A DNA stretch of 11,872 nt from Candidatus Aenigmatarchaeota archaeon (GTDB taxonomy: Archaea > Aenigmatarchaeota > Aenigmatarchaeia > QMZP01). The position numbers and the translations under genes were made by a program. Below, piece by piece: positions 5,104-11,872 of this stretch (the stretch's first letter is position 1; every line of letters begins with the position of its first letter). The stretch spans positions 1 to 11,872 of the forward strand of contig JAVZYR010000018.1 in assembly GCA_038999435.1 (NCBI GenBank). The letters are read 5' to 3'. The notes beneath the pieces are model-generated. The model was given only the letters and a program-made list of their open reading frames with translations, was not told the origin of the DNA and did not search any database.

Positions 5104-5681
5104 TATTCACCTCCAAAGTCTTTTATGCTGTGTGTGAATTCAGCTTCCTTTTTTATCTTTTTATTTGTTTTTAGAATCTCTCTTGCAATTATCCACAGCG
5201 CAAGTGCGATACTTTTTTTTGCATTGTTATTCATTGGAATTATCAAATCTATATCATTTACTTCATTAAAGCTGTTAGCAAGTGCTAGAATTGGAATATG
5301 TTTCTTCTTTGCCTCTTTTATGGCCTGTGCATCAAGCATAGGATCTGTTACAAACACAACATCTGGCTCAAAAAAATTGTTAAATGAAGGGTTTGTTAAT
5401 GTTCCAGGAGGGAATCTACCTGTTATTGCCTTTGCACCAATAACCTCAGCAAATTTTTTTACTGGCTGGATAGCAGACTCCTTTCTTGCAACGATCAAAG
5501 GCTTTTGAAAACATGAAAGCCATCTCCCTGCTATGCCAAACCTCTCGTCTATCTTTTTAAGATTAAATATTATAAGCCCATCTTCTCTTATTTTGTATAC
5601 AAACTGCTTAAGATAAGGTGTACACGTTTTCATACCTATATGCACACCTGCACTGAGATATTCCTTTCTTTCTACCAGCAT
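5103..5681 (-). CDS. rps2: 30S ribosomal protein S2 (uS2)
   Basis: YLSAGVHIG, GRFPPGTLTNP, EPDVVFVTDP...DAQAIKEA, DLIIPMNN; GGAGG ribosome-binding site. Confidence 0.96.
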   Translation of the reverse strand: MLVERKEYLSAGVHIGMKTCTPYLKQFVYKIREDGLIIFNLKKIDERFGIAGRWLSCFQKPLIVARKESAIQPVKKFAEVIGAKAITGRFPPGTLTNPSFNNFFEPDVVFVTDPMLDAQAIKEAKKKHIPILALANSFNEVNDIDLIIPMNNNAKKSIALALWIIAREILKTNKKIKKEAEFTHSIKDFGGE

Positions 5682-5715
5682 ATGACCTCCAGAATAGATT
5701 ATTTAAAAAATCATT

Positions 5716-6852
5716 TTATAAATTTGCCATTGTTGGTTTTTTGAATTGAGACCATAGTGCAAGAAGCCTGTTAAACTTTGGCATGTCATTCATACCAAAT
5801 TTTGCTATCTTTGCACGCCAAGCAACAGCCAAATCTGCTATCCAGAAGTCCTCTGTCTCATGCGAACGGTGTGATGGTATAATCTCCCATTCTGCAGACC
5901 TTGCAATACTAACTGCCTTCATTGCCGATGTAAGTGTTCCAACTTGATTTGGCTTTATTATAATCCCATTTGCAGCTTTTTCCTTTACACCACGTCGAAC
6001 CAAGCTCGGATTTGTGCAGAAAATATCATCGCCAACAATGAGTGCTGATTTGCATGCCTTTTTAAGTGCTTTAAATTCAGAAAATGTCACGCATGGGTCC
6101 TCGATGTAAAATATCTTATATCTCCTTATCATATCAGCAATAAAATCTAAATGTCTATCAGGGCTAAGAAGCTTCCACATTGCTTTGTAAGCGTATTTGT
6201 TGCCATCCCATAGCCGAGATGAAGCGCAATCTATGCCAAGCCTTACACCCCAATCATCTGCAATCTCAGATAAAAAATCAAGCGTTTTTATATCATCGAG
6301 TTTTGCCATCCATGCACCCTCTATGTTTTGACCAAGCAGCAGGCCTCTTCTCTTAAGCTCATCACCAATAACATGCCATATCTCTATACCAAGCCTTATA
6401 TCATCAACAAGCTCACCTGTTTTCGGAAGTATGAGAAATTCTTGCCAATCTGTTTTTCCTCCATGTGCACCTCCCCCAATTACATTGATAAGTGGATGTG
6501 GAAATGTACCTGTTCTTTTTTCTCCTTCAATCTTCCATAGTTCGCCACCAAATCTTGCCCTTGCAGCAGCGATAGATAGGGCTAAAGCCAAATTCCCACC
6601 AATTCTTGAGATGCCAAGCCTTTCAAAAACATCATCAATCTCTGGCCATACCTTTCCTTTTATTGCTGCCTTTATCTCTGAAATATTTTTTTCTATCTCT
6701 CTCATCGGCGCTGCTCTGACTTCATGTACACCTTTTGATGTCCCAAAAGGCACAGAAGCAGTCCACCATCTTCCTTTTATTTTTACAGCAGCCTCTATAC
6801 TTTCCTTCCTACTTGTGCAAAAAACGGTTCTTATTTTTATATCTGAAATCAT
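5716..6852 (-). CDS. eno: Enolase (short, divergent)
   Basis: VPFGTSKGVHE, GGAHGG..WQEF, GIDCASS, YIEDP, VGDD, IIIKPNQVG, SHRSHETED; sits in the usual rpoK-eno-rps2 position. Confidence 0.85.
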   Translation of the reverse strand: MISDIKIRTVFCTSRKESIEAAVKIKGRWWTASVPFGTSKGVHEVRAAPMREIEKNISEIKAAIKGKVWPEIDDVFERLGISRIGGNLALALSIAAARARFGGELWKIEGEKRTGTFPHPLINVIGGGAHGGKTDWQEFLILPKTGELVDDIRLGIEIWHVIGDELKRRGLLLGQNIEGAWMAKLDDIKTLDFLSEIADDWGVRLGIDCASSRLWDGNKYAYKAMWKLLSPDRHLDFIADMIRRYKIFYIEDPCVTFSEFKALKKACKSALIVGDDIFCTNPSLVRRGVKEKAANGIIIKPNQVGTLTSAMKAVSIARSAEWEIIPSHRSHETEDFWIADLAVAWRAKIAKFGMNDMPKFNRLLALWSQFKKPTMANL

Positions 6853-6854
6853 AT

Positions 6855-7052
6855 TCAGCCAGGATACCTTCTTTTAATATCTATCGGTATTACCTCTGCT
6901 TCCCACTCAAGTTTTGCAATCTCAAGTGGGTCTGTAATCCCTTTTGGTACTTTTACAAGAACAGGGCTACCTTGTGCAATCTGAAGGGCCCTGGCTGCAA
7001 TTATCCTTACCTTCTCATACTTTGTGTAGCTATCTTTTGACCTCATAATCAT
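6855..7052 (-). CDS. rpoK: DNA-directed RNA polymerase subunit Rpo6/K
   Basis: YTKYEKVRIIAARALQIAQGSPVLV...DPLEIAKLE...IPIDIKR; ATGA overlap with the upstream stop codon. Confidence 0.95.
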   Translation of the reverse strand: MIMRSKDSYTKYEKVRIIAARALQIAQGSPVLVKVPKGITDPLEIAKLEWEAEVIPIDIKRRYPG

Positions 7053-7831
7053 CCTATGTATCTTAGCTGCTCTTTTTTTACAGGAGGTCTTTCTTCCTCT
7101 TTTGCAAGCTGTGATATTGCCTTTTCTTGTAACTCTTGTATCTTTTTTATCAACCTTTCCATCTCTTTTACCCTTTTATCAAGTTTTGACATATCAATCT
7201 TAATTTCAAGAATCTTTGAAAGTATATTTAGGACTGCCTCAGCAGCTCTCGGATCAGCAACGATAGGAAAGCCTGATGTCTCACCAAGTAGACAAAGGCC
7301 ATCTATACCTCTTTGTTTACCAAGACCAAGAAGTATGCCAGCAGCACCAACAATATAGCCAACCTTTTCACTTGTATTGAAGTTTATACCAAATTCCTTA
7401 TATTTTTCAACAATAGATTTGTCTGTTGCCGCACCATAGACACGCGGCTTTTCCTCTATCTCTCCTGTTGCAAGGCCGCCAACTGTAATTATTTCTTTTA
7501 CACCAATTTTTTGTGCCAAGTCAACAATTTTTTCCATAACCTCATAGTGACCCTGTGATGTCATAGACTGGCAATCACCTGTCACAAATACAACATCACG
7601 TTTACCTTTTAGATAATAAAATTTGACTTTCAAAAGCCTTATCTCCCATTTTTCATGTATTACAACGAATGGAAAGAAATGTTCAGAGTAAAGTTCTGCA
7701 AAGAGCTTTGCACCTGTTTCTTGAATTATATAATCAACACATATCCGACCAACATTTCCAATCCCTGGTAAACCTTCTACAAGCAATGGATTTTGGAGTT
7801 TTGGTTGCTCAAAAATATTCAGCGTTGTCAT
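7049..7831 (-). CDS. PAC2-family (proteasome assembly chaperone-like) protein
   Basis: LVEGLPGIGNVG, TGDCQ, ITVGG, IVGAAGILLG, CLLGET...DPRAA and C-terminal YIG. Start moved to ATG 7831 because the longer ORF runs through tRNA-Glu. Confidence 0.88.
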   Translation of the reverse strand: MTTLNIFEQPKLQNPLLVEGLPGIGNVGRICVDYIIQETGAKLFAELYSEHFFPFVVIHEKWEIRLLKVKFYYLKGKRDVVFVTGDCQSMTSQGHYEVMEKIVDLAQKIGVKEIITVGGLATGEIEEKPRVYGAATDKSIVEKYKEFGINFNTSEKVGYIVGAAGILLGLGKQRGIDGLCLLGETSGFPIVADPRAAEAVLNILSKILEIKIDMSKLDKRVKEMERLIKKIQELQEKAISQLAKEEERPPVKKEQLRYIG

Positions 7832-7867
7832 GTATTTGAATATAATTTCTATATATAAAAATACAAT
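7832..7867. promoter_or_regulatory. Putative divergent promoters for PAC2 (-) and tRNA-Glu(CTC) (+)
   Basis: Minus-strand TTTATATA at 7859-7852 (-28 to -21 from the ATG, so probably a leaderless mRNA). Plus-strand AATATAAT at 7839-7846 (-29 to -22 from tRNA G+1). Confidence 0.55.
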
Positions 7868-8051
7868 GCCCCCGTGGTGTAGTCCGGTTAAGCATCCAGG
7901 CCTCTCGAGCCTGAGACGCGGGTTCAAATGAGCCCTTTCTTTCAAGAAAGCGCTCGCGGGCACGCTTCCGGAAGCGTTGTGGAGCGAAGCGAAACAGCTA
8001 CCGGATGGCTGGAAACCTTGAGGGTTTCCAGAGAGAATCCCGCCGGGGGCA
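7868..8051 (+). tRNA. tRNA-Glu(CTC) with a 109-nt T-loop intron (7929-8037)
   Basis: Acceptor GCCCCCG/CGGGGGC+A, anticodon arm CAGGC-CT CTC GA-GCCTG, T-stem GCGGG/CCCGC. 184-109 = 75 nt. Confidence 0.93.
7929..8037 (+). other. 109-nt composite T-loop (59/60) intron of tRNA-Glu(CTC): modules A'-C'-D1-D2
   Basis: TTCA-AA^TGAGCCC...AGAG-AA^T-CC, with the same modules as the Leu and Ser introns about 7 kb away. Confidence 0.85.
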
Positions 8052-8094
8052 AAATCTTAACAATGAAGTTATATTTTTAGAAACAAAATTAAAT

Positions 8095-8856
8095 ATGCCA
8101 TACAATCATGCCAGGGCATGGCTTGAGGCAAAAGCTGAATCAGCAGCACCAAAACCGATTCCTCCAAATAAGATTGCAATCATATCAGATATACATTCAA
8201 ATCTTGATGCATTAGATGCTGTGCTTAAAGAGATAAAGGAGAGTAAATGTCAGCTCATTTTATGTACAGGTGATATCATAGGTTATGCCACAGAGTGCAA
8301 TGAATGCTGTGAGATTGTAAAGAAAAATGCACATGTAATTGTTCAAGGCAATCATGATGCAAATGTTGACTTTCGGCGCATTGAATGGTTTAATCCTGAA
8401 GCAGCTGCAGCACTTAGATGGACTGAGGCAAAGCTGACAAGACCAAACAAGGCATGGCTTCTTGGACTTCCTGTTGAATGGTATGGGCAAATATTAGGGA
8501 GAAAGATATACATGGTGCATGGTAGCCCATATGACCAGTTATATGGCTATGTAATGCCAAATACCGACAGGCATACATTCAGAAAATGGCTAAATGAAAA
8601 AAGGGCACACATCATCATCATGGGCCATACACACATCCCTTTTGTTGAAAAGATGGAGCAAGGCCTGATAATAAATGCAGGTTCTGTTGGACAGCCAAGG
8701 GATGGCAATCCAAAGGCATGTTGGATAGAGCTGATACTTGATAAACTTGAAGCAAAGATACACAGGGTTAGCTATAACATAGAAATGACCGCTGAAAAAA
8801 TCCTTGAGCAAAACCTGCCTGCATGGCTTGCTGAGCGGCTTTATGATGGTTTGTGA
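8095..8856 (+). CDS. Calcineurin-like metallophosphoesterase (YfcE/MJ0936-like)
   Basis: ISDIHSN, CTGDIIGY, QGNHD, MVHGSP, GHTHIP, NAGSVGQPRDG. Start moved to ATG 8095 because the longer ORF begins inside the tRNA intron. Confidence 0.88.
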   Translation: MPYNHARAWLEAKAESAAPKPIPPNKIAIISDIHSNLDALDAVLKEIKESKCQLILCTGDIIGYATECNECCEIVKKNAHVIVQGNHDANVDFRRIEWFNPEAAAALRWTEAKLTRPNKAWLLGLPVEWYGQILGRKIYMVHGSPYDQLYGYVMPNTDRHTFRKWLNEKRAHIIIMGHTHIPFVEKMEQGLIINAGSVGQPRDGNPKACWIELILDKLEAKIHRVSYNIEMTAEKILEQNLPAWLAERLYDGL

Positions 8857-8909
8857 TAATTGAATTCCTAAGAAATAGTTTTTTATCAAGCTTTAAATAA
8901 ATACATTTT

Positions 8910-9491
8910 ATGAAAACAATTGAAAATTTAGCAAAGGCGTTTATTGGTGAAAGCCAAGCAAGAAATAGATACACATTCTATTCTAAGATTGCCAAAAAGG
9001 AGGGATTTGAGCAAATAGCAGAAATTTTTCTAATTACAGCAGAAAATGAGAGAGAGCATGCAAGTTGGCTGTTTAGATTGATTAATGAATTAAAGAAAAG
9101 GGGTAAAGAAAATCTAAAAGAGATAAAGGTTGATGCAACAGTTCCAACTATTCTTGGCACAACTATTGAAAATCTAAAGGCGGCAATTGCTGGAGAAAAT
9201 TATGAATACACCAAGATGTATCCAGAATTTGCCAATGTTGCTGAAAAAGAAGGATTTACAGATATTGCAAAAAGATTACGGGCAATCGCTAGGGCAGAAG
9301 AGCATCATGAGGAGAGATTCAAAAAACTTCTAAAAGTGGTTGAATCAGGAACGGTATTTAAAAAGGAAAAAGAGGTCTGGTGGGTTTGTCGTGAATGTGG
9401 ATATGTTCACTTTGGAAAACAGCCGCCTGAGAAATGCCCATCCTGTGACCATAAAAGAAGTTTTTACCAAATTAAATGTGAGGAATATTAG
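8910..9491 (+). CDS. rbr: Rubrerythrin
   Basis: [39 protein letters not shown] and a C-terminal rubredoxin-like CRECG...CPSC. Confidence 0.96.
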   Translation: MKTIENLAKAFIGESQARNRYTFYSKIAKKEGFEQIAEIFLITAENEREHASWLFRLINELKKRGKENLKEIKVDATVPTILGTTIENLKAAIAGENYEYTKMYPEFANVAEKEGFTDIAKRLRAIARAEEHHEERFKKLLKVVESGTVFKKEKEVWWVCRECGYVHFGKQPPEKCPSCDHKRSFYQIKCEEY

Positions 9492-9494
9492 CTT

Positions 9495-9869
9495 ATGACA
9501 GAACAAAAGCAAATCTATAAGTGCAATATATGCGGAAATATAGTTGAGGTGCTACATCCTGGAGTAGGGCAGCTTGTATGTTGTGGACAACCAATGCAAC
9601 TTATGAAAGAGAATACAACTGATGTTGGTAAAGAAAAACATGTTCCTGTGATTGAGAAAACGGCAAATGGGATAAAAGTAAAAGTTGGCTCTATAGCACA
9701 TCCTATGGAAGAAAGGCACTATATTGAATGGATAGAAATAATCGCTGATGGCAGGGCTTGTAAAATTTTCTTAAAGCCGGGAAATAGGCCAGAGGCAGAG
9801 TTTAAAATAAAAGCAGAAAAGATTGTGGCGAGAGAATATTGCAATGTTCACGGTTTGTGGAAATCATAG
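9495..9869 (+). CDS. dfx: Desulfoferrodoxin (2Fe superoxide reductase)
   Basis: YKCNICGN...[31 protein letters not shown]. Confidence 0.96.
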   Translation: MTEQKQIYKCNICGNIVEVLHPGVGQLVCCGQPMQLMKENTTDVGKEKHVPVIEKTANGIKVKVGSIAHPMEERHYIEWIEIIADGRACKIFLKPGNRPEAEFKIKAEKIVAREYCNVHGLWKS

Positions 9870-9926
9870 CCAACCTAATTGAATTTTTAATACTAATTAC
9901 AAATTTAATATGGGCCCGTAGCTCAG

Positions 9927-9955
9927 AGTTGGTCGTGTCTGCGGTCAACGAGCAT
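9927..9955 (+). other. 29-nt D-loop (15/16) intron of tRNA-Ile(GAT)
   Basis: GCTC-AG^A-GTTGGTCGT-GTCT-GCGGTCAAC-GAGC-AT^T-GG: a 4-bp helix between two 3-nt bulges. Confidence 0.85.
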
Positions 9956-9977
9956 TGGTTAGAGCACCACGCTGATA

Positions 9978-10006
9978 TCTTTCTCAAATAAATAGAATGG
10001 TTTGAA
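9978..10006 (+). other. 29-nt canonical (37/38) intron of tRNA-Ile(GAT)
   Basis: CTGA-TA^T...TTTG-AA^A-CGTGG, a relaxed BHB. Removal restores a 7-nt anticodon loop. Confidence 0.82.
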
Positions 10007-10045
10007 ACGTGGGGGTCGTGAGTTCGATTCTCACCGGGCCCATTT

Positions 10046-11872
10046 TCATGGCCATTTTTCCGCTTTTTCTGTCATTACATATACTACGCCACCTGTCAGA
10101 CCAACTGCTATAGATACTCCAACACCTGCACCAAATGTCGTAAGTGCGACATCAGCAATTAATGTTGCTACAAAAACAACCTTTGTCCATGTAGCAGGTT
10201 CTGAATAGCAAAAGTTATGATCTTCAACCTCATTTTTTTCCGGTCTTAGGTAGATAGCTGGTGTTTTGCATCTATCCATTGTAAACAAGTTTGCCTTTCC
10301 ACCGCTTATATCAGCAAGTCCTATTGTGGTATTTTCAGGAAAATCTCCGACTCCTCCTTTTATAAATTGTATCTGAAGATAGTCCCATGTTGTATCACTT
10401 GTCATGTTTTTGAAGACTAGTATGGTTGTCGGATAATACTTATATGCTATACCATATCCACTGGGTACTACTGTTCGGAACTGTTCTTCGCAACCCCAAT
10501 CTAAAAAATAATTGACATCATCATTGTATAGATACACCTTTTCCTCCCCACTCATGTTTATATCTATGCATGACCTTTTGTTAGGGAAGAACCAATACCT
10601 TTCTTCATCTTTCCACATAGAAACCTCTGCAGACCTTATGCAAATCTTATTATTTCCTTCTGAGCAATCAGTAGAAAATTTATAGCCTTCTATGATGATC
10701 TCGTTTGCTTTTATGCTGTTTGTTGGTTTGACTTCAATGATATCTTTTTCTCTTTTATCTTTCACGGTCTGTATTAGCGATTTTATTTGATCTGGAGACT
10801 TCAATTGTCCTTTGGGTTCTTTTCGAAGTTCATCGCAACTTATGCTTTTATATGGTTCTGGGTTTTCTGAGATAACACTTTCACATGTATCGTTTGGATA
10901 TATATCAAGAATGATATTTCCTGTGCTTGTATTATATATGTAAATTCTGTATACCCTGTCCTTGTTTAGTATGTATGTATCTCTCCATAAAACATTTTTC
11001 AGCTCAAGCTTTTCATTAATCCACAATCTTGCTGTGCCACTAGTTTCAGGCATATCTGTGAGATAGCCATCAAGCCAAGGTATGTTTATCTTTTTTTCTT
11101 CAAAAAATGACATATCACCTTTAATTATGCTGTCTATTTTATCATAAATCGGTGTTATGCTTTGGCTGTCCACAATATCTTTTGAAAAGTTGCATTCAGG
11201 CAAACCAAATGCAAGCTCTGTCCATATTGAAGAGTTGCAATAAACTGTTCCTTCAAGCGCATCATAGCCGTACTGTTCACATTTTGCCCAATCCTCTTTT
11301 ATTGTTATGTTTGCAGAGCATGGCGAGGCAAGATAGAAATTTACATGTCCTTTTATGTCTGAAGTTAGCCCTGGCTTATCCAGCAAAACAGGTTTTGTTG
11401 CTGTGTTTATAGACTCTGTATCAAGGTCTTTATATGGCCTTTTCAGGACAAGGTTTCCAGGTTGAGGTATGTATTTCTCATTTACGCTATCTATCCATGC
11501 AGCAACAAGCGCTGATGTTGTTGCCACACCTGCAACCTTCATAATTTTTTTTACATTTTTTAAACTTTCTAGTTTATTTTTTATGGCATTAAAGAGAGTA
11601 ATATCTGCCTCTTTAAGCCCCTCAAGAGCTGCTCTTCTCTCTAATTTCTCAGCAGAACGGCTAAAAACAGCAATAACCTTTTGAGACACACCTTTTTCTG
11701 TAAGATGCCCAGAGATCCTCTTAAACATCTTTGCTCCTGCCTTTGTTAGGCTTGTAGAAACCTTTTCAACAGTCCCAACCAAAACCCTTTCAGCGCCTTT
11801 TTTTATCACCTTTCCTGCCCTGCCAACAGGTATTGCAAAAAGAATGATTGTGCCTAAGTCTTTAAGCCATGT
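10046..11872 (-). CDS. Large hypothetical membrane-anchored/surface protein, N-terminus beyond the window
   Basis: The frame stays open from 11872 (TWLKDLGTIILFAIPVGRAGKVIKK...), giving >600 aa. Hydrophobic segments VAGVATTSALVAAWI and C-terminal VVFVATLIADVALTTFGAGVGVSIAVGLTGGVVYVM flank a region with scattered Cys. No family recognised. Confidence 0.7.
   Translation of the reverse strand, partial: TWLKDLGTIILFAIPVGRAGKVIKKGAERVLVGTVEKVSTSLTKAGAKMFKRISGHLTEKGVSQKVIAVFSRSAEKLERRAALEGLKEADITLFNAIKNKLESLKNVKKIMKVAGVATTSALVAAWIDSVNEKYIPQPGNLVLKRPYKDLDTESINTATKPVLLDKPGLTSDIKGHVNFYLASPCSANITIKEDWAKCEQYGYDALEGTVYCNSSIWTELAFGLPECNFSKDIVDSQSITPIYDKIDSIIKGDMSFFEEKKINIPWLDGYLTDMPETSGTARLWINEKLELKNVLWRDTYILNKDRVYRIYIYNTSTGNIILDIYPNDTCESVISENPEPYKSISCDELRKEPKGQLKSPDQIKSLIQTVKDKREKDIIEVKPTNSIKANEIIIEGYKFSTDCSEGNNKICIRSAEVSMWKDEERYWFFPNKRSCIDINMSGEEKVYLYNDDVNYFLDWGCEEQFRTVVPSGYGIAYKYYPTTILVFKNMTSDTTWDYLQIQFIKGGVGDFPENTTIGLADISGGKANLFTMDRCKTPAIYLRPEKNEVEDHNFCYSEPATWTKVVFVATLIADVALTTFGAGVGVSIAVGLTGGVVYVMTEKAEKWP

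Larger units (their letters stand above)
9912..10042 (+). tRNA. tRNA-Ile(GAT) with a D-loop intron (9927-9955) and a canonical intron (9978-10006)
   Basis: Acceptor GGGCCCG/CGGGCCC+A, D-stem GCTC/GAGC, anticodon arm CCACG-CT GAT A^...^A-CGTGG, T-arm GTGAG-TTCGATT-CTCAC. 131-29-29 = 73 nt. TATA-like TTTTTAAT at 9884-9891. Confidence 0.92.

Noticed and set aside
1136..11684. Short antisense or alternate-frame ORFs overlapping the assigned CDSs (e.g. 1361-1747, 5086-5508, 6431-6877, 10002-10208)
   Set aside because: Shadow ORFs of well-supported genes or of tRNA-Ile, with no motifs.

Overview
Core-genome window of a compact archaeon. It is probably DPANN-like, an inference from gene content and compaction. 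It holds eight tRNA genes without encoded CCA: a minus-strand cluster Ser(CGA)-Val(CAC)-Val(GAC)-Glu(TTC)-Leu(TAG)-Leu(CAG, cut by the window edge), plus Glu(CTC) and Ile(GAT) on the plus strand. Protein genes are a TtuA/NcsA tRNA thiolase, a minus-strand run PAC2-rpoK-eno-rps2-rpl19e-rpl18-agmatinase-deoxyhypusine synthase-aIF5A, a metallophosphoesterase, rubrerythrin, desulfoferrodoxin and a truncated large membrane/surface protein. The standout signal is in the tRNAs: 7 of 8 carry introns (12 in total, 10 at non-canonical positions). The long T-loop introns (109-177 nt) are built from near-identical hairpin modules shared between unrelated tRNAs. Most modules parse as a hairpin, a tetramer complementary to the T-loop TTCG, then 2 nt. 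This suggests a polarised stack of mobile mini-introns accumulating at position 59/60. One module also appears in the D-loop of another tRNA. All structures were folded by eye.
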